Part shown: positions 17,602-27,692 of the stretch, in pieces
How the letters are laid out: each line of letters starts with the position of its first letter
Numbering within the stretch: position 1 is the stretch's first letter
NCBI RefSeq assembly: GCF_001457595.1
Contig: NZ_LN831039.1
Span: forward strand, 150,001 to 182,000
Reading direction: 5' to 3'
DNA from: Mycolicibacterium smegmatis
Lineage (GTDB): Bacteria > Actinomycetota > Actinomycetes > Mycobacteriales > Mycobacteriaceae
DNA length: 32,000 bases
The notes under the pieces: generated by a model
Databases searched by the model: none
What the model was told of the DNA's origin: nothing
The model's input: the letters and a program-made list of their open reading frames with translations, nothing else
Position numbers and translations under genes: made by a program

Positions 17602-17793
17602 GCGGCCATTTGAGCGATCTGGTGCACCTTTGCTAACAGTTCAGGGCATAATCCACCCGATGCGGTGCAAGGCCCGGAACGGATCGGGTACAGTCCGGTG
17701 GTCTCACTTACTACCCGCGAGTAGGGAGACACGGATCACTCGGACTGGTTGGCGGCAAGGAGGGGGCGTGGATCACGTCCAGGAAGGGCACCT
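17602..17793 (+). promoter_or_regulatory. fadD5-yrbE1A intergenic region, candidate internal mce1 promoter
   Basis: 192-nt gap in an otherwise tightly packed operon; TACAGT (17689-17694) as -10 candidate; near-palindrome CTACCCGCGAGTAG (17711-17724). Confidence 0.35.
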
Positions 17794-18594
17794 GTGACGG
17801 CGTCTACCGATGGCTTCGTCGATTACCTTCGTGGCCAGTTGGAGAAGCCGCTGGCGACGGTCGGCGGCTTCTTCAAGATGTCGGTGATGACCGGAAAAGC
17901 TCTGTTCACGCGGCCTTTTCAGTGGAAAGAGTTCGTCCTCCAGAGCTGGTTTCTCATCCGCGTGGCCTTCCTGCCGACGCTTGCGGTGTCGATCCCGCTG
18001 ACGGTGCTCATCATCTTCACGCTGAACATCCTGCTGGCGGAGTTCGGTGCGGCTGACGTCTCCGGGGCCGGTGCCGCGCTCGGCGCCGTGACCCAGCTAG
18101 GTCCGCTCGTGACGGTGCTGGTCGTCGCAGGCGCCGGATCCACCGCCATCTGCGCCGATCTCGGCGCCCGCACGGTGCGTGAGGAGATCGACGCACTCGA
18201 GGTCCTCGGCATCGACCCCATCGAACGCCTCGTCGTGCCGCGCGTGGTCGCCTCGACGTTCGTCGCGTTCATGCTCAACGGTGCGGTCATCACAATCGGC
18301 CTGGTCGGTGGATTCTTCTTCGGTGTCTATATCCAGAACGTCTCGGCGGGCGCTTACGTTTCGACGCTGACCCTTCTCACGGGATTCCCCGAGGTGTTGA
18401 TCTCGGTCGTGAAGGCGACGCTGTTCGGGATGATCGCCGGCCTCGTCGGCTGCTACCGCGGGCTCACGGTCGCGGGCGGTTCGAAGGGTGTCGGCACCGC
18501 GGTGAACGAGACCCTCGTGCTATGTGTGGTCGCGTTGTTCGCAGTCAACGTCGTGCTCACCACCATCGGTGTGCGGTTCGGGACAGGGCGCTGA
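17794..18594 (+). CDS. yrbE1A: YrbE/MlaE-type permease YrbE1A
   Basis: GTG start with SD AGGAAGGG: MTASTDGFVDYLRGQLEKPLATVGGFFKMS...; MlaE motifs GAGSTAICADLGARTVREEIDALEVLGIDP; first of a YrbE pair. Confidence 0.93.
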   Translation: MTASTDGFVDYLRGQLEKPLATVGGFFKMSVMTGKALFTRPFQWKEFVLQSWFLIRVAFLPTLAVSIPLTVLIIFTLNILLAEFGAADVSGAGAALGAVTQLGPLVTVLVVAGAGSTAICADLGARTVREEIDALEVLGIDPIERLVVPRVVASTFVAFMLNGAVITIGLVGGFFFGVYIQNVSAGAYVSTLTLLTGFPEVLISVVKATLFGMIAGLVGCYRGLTVAGGSKGVGTAVNETLVLCVVALFAVNVVLTTIGVRFGTGR

Positions 18595-18595
18595 T

Positions 18596-19465
18596 ATGAG
18601 TACTGTTCAGGTTCTCCGCTCGCGGTTCCCGCGGGCGTTCTCACGCTCCTCCGAGATCGCGGCCACACCGGCGCGGTTCCTCGACAGCATGGGCCACGTC
18701 GCGTGGTTCGTCGTGCAGGCGATCGTGCATGTGCCCCACGCGTTCCGGCATTACCGCCGCGAATCGTTGCGGCTGGTCGCCGAGATCGGCATGGGCACCG
18801 GCGCGATGGCCGTCATCGGCGGCACCGTCGCGATCATCGGCTTCGTCACGCTGTCCGCGGGTTCGCTGATCGCCATCCAGGGCTTCGCCTCACTCGGCAA
18901 CATCGGTGTCGAGGCGTTCACGGGCTTCTTCGCGGCCCTTGCCAACATCCGCGTCGTCGCACCTGTGGTCACCGGTCAGGCGCTCGCCGCGACCGTCGGG
19001 GCGGGTGCCACCGCCGAACTCGGCGCCATGCGCATCAGCGAAGAGGTCGACGCGCTCGAAGTCATGGGCATCAAGTCGATTTCGTATCTGGTGTCCACGC
19101 GCATCATGGCAGGCGCGATCGTCATCATCCCGCTGTACGCCATGGCGATCCTGCTGTCGTTCATGTCGGCGCAGCTGGTCACCACGATCTTCTACTCGCA
19201 GTCGGTCGGCACGTACGAGCACTACTTCCACACGTTCCTGCGTGTCGACGACGTGATGTGGTCATTCCTCGAAGTCATCATCATGTCGGTGATCGTCATG
19301 TTGAACCATTGCTACTTCGGCTATTTCGCCAGCGGCGGCGCCGTCGGCGTGGGTGAGGCCGTCGGGAGGTCGATGCGTACTTCGTTGATCGCGATCGTGC
19401 TGGTGGTCCTGTTGGCATCGTTGGCGCTCTACGGCACCGACCCGAACTTCAACCTGACGGTGTAG
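18596..19465 (+). CDS. yrbE1B: YrbE/MlaE-type permease YrbE1B
   Basis: 289 aa from ATG 18596; ATVGAGATAELGAMRISEEVDALEVMGIKS. Confidence 0.93.
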   Translation: MSTVQVLRSRFPRAFSRSSEIAATPARFLDSMGHVAWFVVQAIVHVPHAFRHYRRESLRLVAEIGMGTGAMAVIGGTVAIIGFVTLSAGSLIAIQGFASLGNIGVEAFTGFFAALANIRVVAPVVTGQALAATVGAGATAELGAMRISEEVDALEVMGIKSISYLVSTRIMAGAIVIIPLYAMAILLSFMSAQLVTTIFYSQSVGTYEHYFHTFLRVDDVMWSFLEVIIMSVIVMLNHCYFGYFASGGAVGVGEAVGRSMRTSLIAIVLVVLLASLALYGTDPNFNLTV

Positions 19466-19469
19466 CGCC

Positions 19470-20699
19470 ATGACCGAGCCTCCAGCGCCAACCGCTCCGC
19501 TCAACAAGCCGAAGACACCGCCGTACAAGCTGGCCGGGCTCGTCCTCGGGCTTGTCGGCGTGCTCGTTCTCGCGCTCACGTGGATGCAGTTCCGCGGTCA
19601 GTTCGAGGACAAGGTTCAGCTCACGGTCCTGTCGGGCCGTGCCGGCCTGTCGATGGACCCCGGATCGAAGGTCACGTTCAACGGCGTGCCGATCGGCCGC
19701 CTGGCGTCGATCGACGTCGTCGAGGTCGACGACAATCCCGAGGCCAGGCTGACCCTGGACGTCGATCCGAAGTACCTCGACCTGATCCCCGAGAACGCGA
19801 ATGTCGAGTTGCGGGCCACCACGGTGTTCGGCAACAAGTACATCTCGTTCCTGTCGCCAAAGAACCCGTCGGCCGAACGCCTCTCGGCGTCCACACCCAT
19901 CCGGGCGCAGGGCGTGACCACGGAGTTCAACACGCTGTTCGAGACCATCACCGCGATCTCCGAGCAGGTCGACCCGATCAAGCTCAACGAGACCCTGACC
20001 GCTGCCGCACAAGCCCTCGACGGCCTGGGCGACAAGTTCGGCCGCTCGATCGTCGACGGCAACGCGATCCTGGCCGACGTCAATCCCCGTATGCCGCAGA
20101 TCCGTCGCGACATCACGGGTCTGGCGAACCTCGGCGAGGTCTACGCCGACGCGGCCCCGGATCTGTTCGACGGTCTGGACAACGCCGTGACCACCGCACG
20201 CACCCTCAACGAGCAGCGGGGCAACCTCGATCAGGCGCTGGTGGCGGCGGTCGGGTTCGGCAACACCGGCGGCGACATCTTCGAGCGCGGCGGCCCGTAC
20301 CTGGTGCGCGGCGCGCAGGACCTGTTGCCCACGTCGGCGCTGCTCGACGAGTACAGCCCGGCGCTGTTCTGCACCATCCGCAACTACCACGACGCGGCTC
20401 CGAAACTGGCCGGTGCCCTTGGCGGCAACGGCTATTCGCTGCTGACCAACTCGCTGGTGGTCGGTGTCGGCAACCCGTATGTGTACCCGGACAATCTGCC
20501 GCGGGTGAACGCCAAGGGCGGGCCGGAAGGACGGCCCGGCTGCTGGCAGCCCATCACCCGTGACCTGTGGCCATTCCCGTACCTCGTGATGGACACCGGT
20601 GCCTCGATCGCGCCCTACAACCACTTCGAACTCGGGCAGCCGATGTTCGCCGAATACGTGTGGGGCCGCCAAGTGGGGGAGAACACGATCAACCCATGA
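19470..20699 (+). CDS. mce1A: Mce family protein Mce1A
   Basis: 409 aa; one N-terminal TM, MCE domain VQLTVLSGRAGLSMDPGSKVTFNGVPIGRLASIDVV; first of six consecutive MCE genes. Confidence 0.93.
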   Translation: MTEPPAPTAPLNKPKTPPYKLAGLVLGLVGVLVLALTWMQFRGQFEDKVQLTVLSGRAGLSMDPGSKVTFNGVPIGRLASIDVVEVDDNPEARLTLDVDPKYLDLIPENANVELRATTVFGNKYISFLSPKNPSAERLSASTPIRAQGVTTEFNTLFETITAISEQVDPIKLNETLTAAAQALDGLGDKFGRSIVDGNAILADVNPRMPQIRRDITGLANLGEVYADAAPDLFDGLDNAVTTARTLNEQRGNLDQALVAAVGFGNTGGDIFERGGPYLVRGAQDLLPTSALLDEYSPALFCTIRNYHDAAPKLAGALGGNGYSLLTNSLVVGVGNPYVYPDNLPRVNAKGGPEGRPGCWQPITRDLWPFPYLVMDTGASIAPYNHFELGQPMFAEYVWGRQVGENTINP

Positions 20700-21727
20700 G
20701 TATCAAAGGCACGCTTTTCAAGCTCGGCATCTTCTCGCTGGTGCTGCTGACGTTCACGGCGCTGATCTTCGTGGTGTTCGGGCAGATCCGGTTCAACCGG
20801 ACCACCGAGTACTCGGCGATCTTCAAGAACGTCAGTGGTCTGCGCGACGGGCAGTTCGTGCGCGCGGCCGGCGTCGAGGTGGGCAAGGTCAAGAGTGTGG
20901 ACCTGATCAACGGCGGCGAGCAGGCCGAGGTCAAGTTCACCGTGGAACGGTCGCTGCCGTTGTTCCAGGAGACCACCGCGGCCATTCGCTACCAGGACCT
21001 CATCGGCAACCGCTACCTCGAGCTCAAACGCGGTGATTCCGACCAGATCCTGCCCCCGGGCAGCACCATCCCGGTCGAACGCACCGAGCCGGCGCTGGAT
21101 CTCGACGCACTCGTCGGCGGTTTCCGCCCGTTGTTCCGGTCGCTGGAACCCGAGAAGGTCAACACGATCGCCACGTCGCTGATCACGATCTTCCAGGGCC
21201 AGGGCGGCACCATCAACGACATCCTCGATCAGACCGCGCAGTTGACCGCGTCGCTCGCCGACCGCGACCAGGCCATCGGTGAGGTCATCAAGAACCTCAA
21301 CACCGTCCTGGACACCACGGTCAGGCATCAGAAGCAGTTCGACGAGACCCTGGTGAACTTCGAGACCCTCATCACCGGCCTGAAGAACCGTGCCGATCCG
21401 ATCGCGACGTCGGTCGCGGACATCAGCGATGCCGCGGGCTCACTGGCAGACCTGTTGTCGGACAACCGGCCTCTGCTGAAGGACACCATCGGCTATCTCG
21501 ATGTCATCCAGGCGCCGCTGGTGGAGCAGAAGCAAGAGGTCAGCGACATCCTGGTGCAGATGCCCCAGGCGCTGAAGATCATCGGCCGCGCCGGTGGCAT
21601 CTACGGTGACTTCTTCAACTTCTACGCCTGCGATCTGACCTTGAAGCTCAACGGCCTTCAGCCGGGCGGGCCCGTGCGCACCGTCAGGATCACCACGCAA
21701 CCGTCGGGTAGGTGCACGCCGAAATGA
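20696..21727 (+). CDS. mce1B: Mce family protein Mce1B
   Basis: ATGA overlap; MSIKGTLFKLGIFSLVLLTFTALIFVVFGQIRFNRTTEYSAIFKNVSGLRDGQFVRAAGVEVGKVKSV. Confidence 0.93.
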   Translation: MSIKGTLFKLGIFSLVLLTFTALIFVVFGQIRFNRTTEYSAIFKNVSGLRDGQFVRAAGVEVGKVKSVDLINGGEQAEVKFTVERSLPLFQETTAAIRYQDLIGNRYLELKRGDSDQILPPGSTIPVERTEPALDLDALVGGFRPLFRSLEPEKVNTIATSLITIFQGQGGTINDILDQTAQLTASLADRDQAIGEVIKNLNTVLDTTVRHQKQFDETLVNFETLITGLKNRADPIATSVADISDAAGSLADLLSDNRPLLKDTIGYLDVIQAPLVEQKQEVSDILVQMPQALKIIGRAGGIYGDFFNFYACDLTLKLNGLQPGGPVRTVRITTQPSGRCTPK

Positions 21728-23298
21728 GGACACTGCAGGGTTCCGACCGGTTCCGTAAAGGTCTGATGGGCGTCATCGTCGTGGCGCTCATCATCGGTGT
21801 CGGTTCGACGCTGACCAGCGTTCCGATGCTGTTCGCGGTGCCCACCTACTACGGGCAGTTCGCCGACACCGGCGGCCTGAACATCGGTGACAAGGTGCGT
21901 ATCGCCGGCATGGACGTCGGCAACGTCAAGAGCATGGAGATCGACGGCGACAAGGTCGTGATCGGCTACACCCTCGGCGGCCGCACCATCGGGACCGAGA
22001 GCCGTGCGGCGATCCGCACCGATACGATCCTGGGCCGCAAGAACATCGAGATCGAGCCGCGCGGAAGCGAGACGCTGAAGCCGCGCGGCGTGTTGCCGGT
22101 GGGCCAGACGTCGGCGCCGTACCAGATCTACGACGCGTTCCTGGACGTCACGCGCAACGCCGCGGGCTGGGACACCCAGGCGGTGCGCCAGTCGCTGAAC
22201 GTGTTGTCCGAGACCGTCGATCAGACCTCGCCGCACCTGAGCGCCGCGCTCGACGGCGTGGCCCGGTTCTCCGAGACCATCGGCAAGCGCGACGAGGACG
22301 TCAAGAAACTGCTCGCCAGCGCGAACAAGGTCGCGACGGTGCTCGGTGACCGCAGCACCCAGGTCAACCAGTTGCTGGTGAACGCGCAGACGCTTCTGGC
22401 CGCCGTCAACGAGCGTGGCCGTTCGGTGAGCCTGCTGCTGGAACGGGTTTCGTCGGTGTCGCGTCAGGTCGAGGGTTTCGTCGACGAGAACCCGAACCTC
22501 AACCATGTGCTCGAGCAGCTGCGCACCGTCAGCGACGTGCTCAACGAGCGCAAGCAGGACCTCGCCGACATCCTCACGGTCGCAGGCAAATTCATCACGT
22601 CGCTGGCCGAGGCGCTGGCGTCGGGCCCGTACTTCAAGGTCATGCTGGTGAACCTGATCCCGCCGACCATCCTGCAGCCCTTCGTCGACGCGGCGTTCAA
22701 GAAGCGCGGCATCGACCCGGAAGAGTTCTGGCGCAACGCCGGTCTGCCCGCGTTCCGGTTCCCGGACCCCAACGGCGAGCGTCACGAGAACGGCGCGCCG
22801 CCTGCCGCCCCGACACCGCTGGAGGGCACCCCGGAGCATCCGGGCCCGGCCGTCCCGCCCGGGTCGCCGTGCTCGTACACGCCTCCCGCGGACGGCATTC
22901 CGTCACCGGGCAACCCGCTGCCGTGTGCGCATCTCAGCCAGGGACCGTACGGACCGGTCCCCGGTGGTTACGCACCGCCGAACGTCGCCACCTCGGCACC
23001 CAACCCTGATGGGATCGCCCATTCGCCCGGCGTGCCGAGCGCGGCGATCCCCGGTCAGATGCCCCCGGAGCAGCCGGGTGCGCCGGTCGAGATCGCACCC
23101 GGTCCGCCCGGTGCGCGCACCGTCCCGGTCAGCCCGATCCCCGGGCCGCCGGACTTCACGCCGGGCATCGCGCCCCCGCCGCCGGCCATCACCGGTCCGC
23201 CGCCACCTCCGGGCCCCGGCCCGCAGTTGGCCCCCGTCGGTGAAGCGCCGCTCCCAGGCAATCCGCCGTTCCTTCCGCCGGGTTCGCAGTCGAGATAG
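21724..23298 (+). CDS. mce1C: Mce family protein Mce1C, with long Pro-rich C-terminal tail
   Basis: 524 aa from ATG 21724; MCE domain YYGQFADTGGLNIGDKVRIAGMDVGNVKSMEIDGD; C-terminal ~160 aa Pro-rich. Confidence 0.93.
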   Translation: MRTLQGSDRFRKGLMGVIVVALIIGVGSTLTSVPMLFAVPTYYGQFADTGGLNIGDKVRIAGMDVGNVKSMEIDGDKVVIGYTLGGRTIGTESRAAIRTDTILGRKNIEIEPRGSETLKPRGVLPVGQTSAPYQIYDAFLDVTRNAAGWDTQAVRQSLNVLSETVDQTSPHLSAALDGVARFSETIGKRDEDVKKLLASANKVATVLGDRSTQVNQLLVNAQTLLAAVNERGRSVSLLLERVSSVSRQVEGFVDENPNLNHVLEQLRTVSDVLNERKQDLADILTVAGKFITSLAEALASGPYFKVMLVNLIPPTILQPFVDAAFKKRGIDPEEFWRNAGLPAFRFPDPNGERHENGAPPAAPTPLEGTPEHPGPAVPPGSPCSYTPPADGIPSPGNPLPCAHLSQGPYGPVPGGYAPPNVATSAPNPDGIAHSPGVPSAAIPGQMPPEQPGAPVEIAPGPPGARTVPVSPIPGPPDFTPGIAPPPPAITGPPPPPGPGPQLAPVGEAPLPGNPPFLPPGSQSR

Positions 23299-23316
23299 GC
23301 AGGGAGGCGTCGAGAC

Positions 23317-24960
23317 ATGTCAACGATTTTCAACATCCGGAACATCCAGTTGCCCAGGCTCTCCCGGGCGGCTGTGATCATCGGTGCCCTCGTCGTGGCC
23401 GCCGCGCTGGTGGCCGGCTATTTCGGGATGAACGCCTACCGCAAGCTGACCAACACGACGGTCACCGCGTACTTCCCCGAGGTGCTCGCGCTGTACCCCG
23501 GCGACAAGGTGCTCATCATGGGTGTCCGGGTCGGCTCGATCGATTCGATCGAGACCGCGGGCGACAAGATGAAAGTGGTCTTCCACTTCAACAACAAATA
23601 CAAGGTGCCGGAGAACGCGACGGCCTCGATCCTCAACCCGAGCCTCGTGGCCTCGCGCGTGATCCAGTTGTCCCCGCCCTACACCGGTGGGCCCACCCTG
23701 CGCGACGGTGCGGTGCTCGACGTCGACCGCACGCAGGTCCCGATCGAGTACGGCGAGGTGCGCAACCAGGTCACGCGTCTGCTGGCCGATCTGGGGCCCA
23801 CGCCCGAACAGCCCAAGGGTCCGTTCGGCGACATCATCGAGTCGTTCGCGGACGGATTCGCAGGCAAGGGTGAACAACTCAACCGCACACTGCGGGGTCT
23901 GTCGGATGCGCTGACCGCACTCAACGAGGGACGCGGCGACTTCTTCGCCGTGGTGAAGAGTTTGGCATTGTTCGTCAACGCGCTGCATCGCAGTGATCAG
24001 CAGTTCGTGGCGCTCAACAACGACCTGGCGCAGTTCACCAACTCGTTCACCAACACCGATCAGGAACTCGCGAACGCGCTGCAGGACCTCAACCGGGTGC
24101 TCAAGACCACGCGGGAGTTCCTGGACCGCAACGGCGGTGTGCTGACCCACGACATCGACAACCTGGAGCAGGTCACCACGGCGATCCTGCAGCCCGAGCC
24201 GCGCGACGGTCTCGAGACGGGTCTGCACGCGTACCCGAACCTGGCGGCCAACGTGCTGAACATCAACTCGCCCAACCAGGGCGGCATCATCGGTCTGCCG
24301 GTGCTGCCGGGTGTCACGAACTTCTCGAACCCGCTGCAGTTCGTCTGCAGCTCGATCCAGGCGGGAAGCCGTTTGGGCTACCAGGAATCCGCGGAGCTGT
24401 GCGCGCAGTACCTGGCACCGATCATGGACGCCATCAAGTTCAACTACCTGCCGTTCGGCATGAACCTGGCGAGCACGGCCATGACCCTGCCCAAGCAGAT
24501 CGCCTACTCGGAGAAGCGGCTTCAGCCGCCGCCGGGGTACAAGGACACCACTGTGCCGGGCATCTGGTCGCGTGACACGTTGTTCTCGCACGGCAACCAC
24601 GAGCCGGGCTGGATCGTGGCGCCCGGCATGCAGGGTGTGCAGGTGCAGCCGGCCACGGCCAACATGCTGACCCCCGAGTCGCTCGCCGAGCTGCTCGGTG
24701 GCCCCGACATCGTGCCGCCGCCCGCGCCGCCGGCTTTCGGGACGACGCGCGGTGGCAACCTGCCCGGCCCGCCGAATGCGTTCGACGAGAACAATCCGCT
24801 GCCGCCGCCGTGGTATCCGCAGCCCGGACCGCCCCCGGCTCCGGCACCCGGAGTGATCCCCGGTGATCCGCTGTCGGCCGTCGCACCCGCGGCTCCGGCC
24901 GCGCCCGCGGCACCGGCACCCGCCGGACCGCCACTGCCCGCTGAAGCAGGAGCAGGCTGA
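23317..24960 (+). CDS. mce1D: Mce family protein Mce1D
   Basis: 547 aa; MCE domain FPEVLALYPGDKVLIMGVRVGSIDSIETAGD; Pro/Ala-rich tail. Confidence 0.93.
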   Translation: MSTIFNIRNIQLPRLSRAAVIIGALVVAAALVAGYFGMNAYRKLTNTTVTAYFPEVLALYPGDKVLIMGVRVGSIDSIETAGDKMKVVFHFNNKYKVPENATASILNPSLVASRVIQLSPPYTGGPTLRDGAVLDVDRTQVPIEYGEVRNQVTRLLADLGPTPEQPKGPFGDIIESFADGFAGKGEQLNRTLRGLSDALTALNEGRGDFFAVVKSLALFVNALHRSDQQFVALNNDLAQFTNSFTNTDQELANALQDLNRVLKTTREFLDRNGGVLTHDIDNLEQVTTAILQPEPRDGLETGLHAYPNLAANVLNINSPNQGGIIGLPVLPGVTNFSNPLQFVCSSIQAGSRLGYQESAELCAQYLAPIMDAIKFNYLPFGMNLASTAMTLPKQIAYSEKRLQPPPGYKDTTVPGIWSRDTLFSHGNHEPGWIVAPGMQGVQVQPATANMLTPESLAELLGGPDIVPPPAPPAFGTTRGGNLPGPPNAFDENNPLPPPWYPQPGPPPAPAPGVIPGDPLSAVAPAAPAAPAAPAPAGPPLPAEAGAG

Positions 24961-26132
24961 TGAGGCTGCTGAAGGGTTTCCCCAAGATGCGTAACTGGAC
25001 TCGCGTCGGTCGCCGGACGGCGGCGCTGGCCGCGGTCGCGCTGGTGCTGACCTCGTGCGGTCAGTGGCGCGGTATCGCCAACGTGCCGCTGCCCGGCGGG
25101 CCGGGCACCGAGTCCGGCAGCATGACGCTGTACGTGCAGATGCCGGAGACGTTGGCGCTCAACGCCAACAGCCGCGTGCGGGTGCGCGACGTGTTCGTGG
25201 GCCGTGTCCGCAAGATCGAGCTGATCAACTGGGTGCCGACGCTGACCGTCGACGTCGAACCGGGCATCAAGCTGCCCAAGAACACACTGGCCAAGATCGG
25301 TCAGACCAGCCTCTTGGGTTCGCAGCACGTCGAGCTCAACCCGCCGGAGGATCCGTCATCGGAGTTGTTGCGTGACGGCGACACCATCCCGCTCGCACAG
25401 TCGTCGGCCTACCCGACGATCGAGCGCACCCTGGCGGGCATCTCGGGCATCCTGACCGGTGGCGGTATCCCGAACATCGAGGTCATCCAGACCGAGGTGT
25501 TCAACATCCTCAACGGCCGCGCCGATCAGATCCGCGAATTCCTCAATCAGCTGGACACATTCACCGACGAGCTGAACCAGCAGCGCGAAGAGATCACGCG
25601 CGCAATCGATTCCACGAACCGGTTGCTCAACATCGTGTCGCAGCGCAACGACACGCTGGATCGTGTGCTCACCGAGTTCCCGCCGCTGATCCAGCATTTC
25701 GCGGAGACCCGCGACCTGTTCGCCGACGCGGTGACCGCACTCGGCCGGCTCTCGGCCGCGGCCGACGAGACCCTGTCGGGCAGCAACGCGAACCTGCACA
25801 CCAACCTGCAGAACCTGCAGCGTCCACTCAAGCAGCTCGGCCGTGCCGCTCCGTACCTGGTGGGCGCGCTGAAGCTGATCCTGACGGTGCCGTTCAACAT
25901 CGACAACATCCCGAAGGCGATCCGCGGCGACTACATCAACGTGTCGCTCAAGCTCGACCTGACGCTGAGCTCGGTGGACAACGCGTTCCTGTCCGGAACG
26001 GGTGTGTCGGGCATGCTGCGGGCGCTGGAACAGGCCTGGGGCCGCGACCCGGCGACGATGATCCCGGACGTGCGCTTCACGCCGAACCCGCACGACGCAC
26101 CGGGCGGCCCGCTGGTCGAAAGGGGGGAGTGA
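24960..26132 (+). CDS. mce1E: Mce family lipoprotein Mce1E (LprK)
   Basis: 390 aa; lipobox LTSC (AALAAVALVLTSCGQW), MCE domain; fifth in the series as in mce operons. Confidence 0.93.
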   Translation: MRLLKGFPKMRNWTRVGRRTAALAAVALVLTSCGQWRGIANVPLPGGPGTESGSMTLYVQMPETLALNANSRVRVRDVFVGRVRKIELINWVPTLTVDVEPGIKLPKNTLAKIGQTSLLGSQHVELNPPEDPSSELLRDGDTIPLAQSSAYPTIERTLAGISGILTGGGIPNIEVIQTEVFNILNGRADQIREFLNQLDTFTDELNQQREEITRAIDSTNRLLNIVSQRNDTLDRVLTEFPPLIQHFAETRDLFADAVTALGRLSAAADETLSGSNANLHTNLQNLQRPLKQLGRAAPYLVGALKLILTVPFNIDNIPKAIRGDYINVSLKLDLTLSSVDNAFLSGTGVSGMLRALEQAWGRDPATMIPDVRFTPNPHDAPGGPLVERGE

Positions 26133-26135
26133 GAG

Positions 26136-27692
26136 ATGCTGCTGACTCGCTTCATCAAGATGCAGCTCGTCATCTTCCTCACGCTGACGCTGGTGGCGCT
26201 GGTGGTGCTCGCGCTGTTCTACCTGCGCCTGCCGACGTGGGCCGGGCTCGGCATGTACAAGCTCAATGCCGACCTGCCCAACTCGGGCGGCCTGTACGCC
26301 ACCGCCAACGTCACCTACCGGGGCACCACGATCGGCAAGGTGACTTCGGTGGAGCCCAGCGAGACGGGCGCGCGGGTCGAGATGAACATCTACGACCGGT
26401 ACAAGATCCCGGCCGACGCGACGGCCAACGTGCACTCGGTGTCGGCCGTCGGTGAGCAGTTCATCGACCTGACCTCCGACTCCGGGGGCGGCGCCTACTT
26501 CCAGCCCGGCGACACCATCACCAAGGCGACGGTGCCCGCCGAGGTGGGCCCGGCGCTCGACGCCGCCGAGAAGGGTCTGGCGGTGCTGCCGAAGGAGAAG
26601 ATCGGCACGCTGCTCGACGAGGCGGCCACGGCGTTCGGCGGCCTCGGGCCGTCACTGCAGCGCCTCGTCGATTCGACGCAGGCCATCGCAGGTGACTTCC
26701 GGGCCAACATCGATCCGGTCAACGACATCATCGAGAACTCCGGGCCGATCATCGACAGCCAGGTGAACTCGGGCGACGCGATCCAGCGGTGGGCGGCCAA
26801 CCTCAACACCCTGGCCGCGCAGAGCGCCCAGAACGACGAGGCGCTGCGCAGCGGCCTGCAGCAGGCGGCTCCGACGGCCGATCAGCTCAACGCGGTGTTC
26901 AGCGACGTCCGCGAGTCGTTGCCACAGACGCTGGCGAACCTCGAGATCGTCATCGACATGCTCAAGCGCTACAACAAGAACGTCGAGCAGGTCCTGGTGG
27001 CGCTGCCCCAGGGCGCCGCGGTGGCTCAGACCGGCACGATCTTCGCGCCTGAGGGTCTGCTGCACTTCGGTCTCGGCATCAACGCCCCGCCGCCGTGCCT
27101 GACGGGCTTCCTGCCCGCGTCGCAGTGGCGCTCGCCGGCCGATACGCGCACCGAACCGCTGCCGTCGGGCCTGTACTGCAAGATCCCGAAGGACGCGCCC
27201 AACGCGGTCCGTGGTGCCCGCAACTATCCCTGTGCCGACGTGCCGGGCAAGCGGGCCGCCACACCGCGGGAATGCCGTAGCGACGAGCCCTACCAGCCGC
27301 TGGGCACCAACCCCTGGTACGGCGATCCGGACCAGATCCGCAACTGCCCGGCTCCCGGGGCCCGCTGCGATCAGCCGGTCGATCCGGGACGTGTGATCCC
27401 GGCGCCGTCGATCAACAACGGGCTCAACCCGTTGCCCGCGAGCCAGCTGCCGCCGCCCGAGGTGAGTTCGGGCCCGAGCAGCGATCCGTTGACCGCACCG
27501 CGCGGTGGCACGGTGACGTGTAGTGGACAGCAACCCAACCCTTGCATCTACACTCCGGCTGCAGGCGCGACCGCGACCTACAACCCGGCCAGCGGTGAGG
27601 TGGTCGGCCCAGGCGGTGTGAAGTACTCCGTCACTAACTCGAATACCCCAGGAGATGACGGATGGAAGGAGATGCTGGCGCCAGCCAGCTGA
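26136..27692 (+). CDS. mce1F: Mce family protein Mce1F
   Basis: 518 aa; MLLTRFIKMQLVIFLTLTLVALVVLALFYLRLPTWAGLGMYKLNADLPNSGGLYATANVTYRGTTIGKV. Confidence 0.93.
   Translation: MLLTRFIKMQLVIFLTLTLVALVVLALFYLRLPTWAGLGMYKLNADLPNSGGLYATANVTYRGTTIGKVTSVEPSETGARVEMNIYDRYKIPADATANVHSVSAVGEQFIDLTSDSGGGAYFQPGDTITKATVPAEVGPALDAAEKGLAVLPKEKIGTLLDEAATAFGGLGPSLQRLVDSTQAIAGDFRANIDPVNDIIENSGPIIDSQVNSGDAIQRWAANLNTLAAQSAQNDEALRSGLQQAAPTADQLNAVFSDVRESLPQTLANLEIVIDMLKRYNKNVEQVLVALPQGAAVAQTGTIFAPEGLLHFGLGINAPPPCLTGFLPASQWRSPADTRTEPLPSGLYCKIPKDAPNAVRGARNYPCADVPGKRAATPRECRSDEPYQPLGTNPWYGDPDQIRNCPAPGARCDQPVDPGRVIPAPSINNGLNPLPASQLPPPEVSSGPSSDPLTAPRGGTVTCSGQQPNPCIYTPAAGATATYNPASGEVVGPGGVKYSVTNSNTPGDDGWKEMLAPAS

Noticed and set aside
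20567-20695. N-terminal extension of the Mce1B ORF in the track
   Set aside because: ATG at 20696 overlaps the mce1A stop in the usual ATGA arrangement and gives the conserved MSIKGTLFKLGIF start.
21658-24600. Long minus-strand ORFs (21658-22839, 23320-24600) opposite mce1C/mce1D
   Set aside because: Antisense shadow frames of real MCE genes; compositions (QRV/DLVD repeats) reflect GC3 bias, no recognisable domains.
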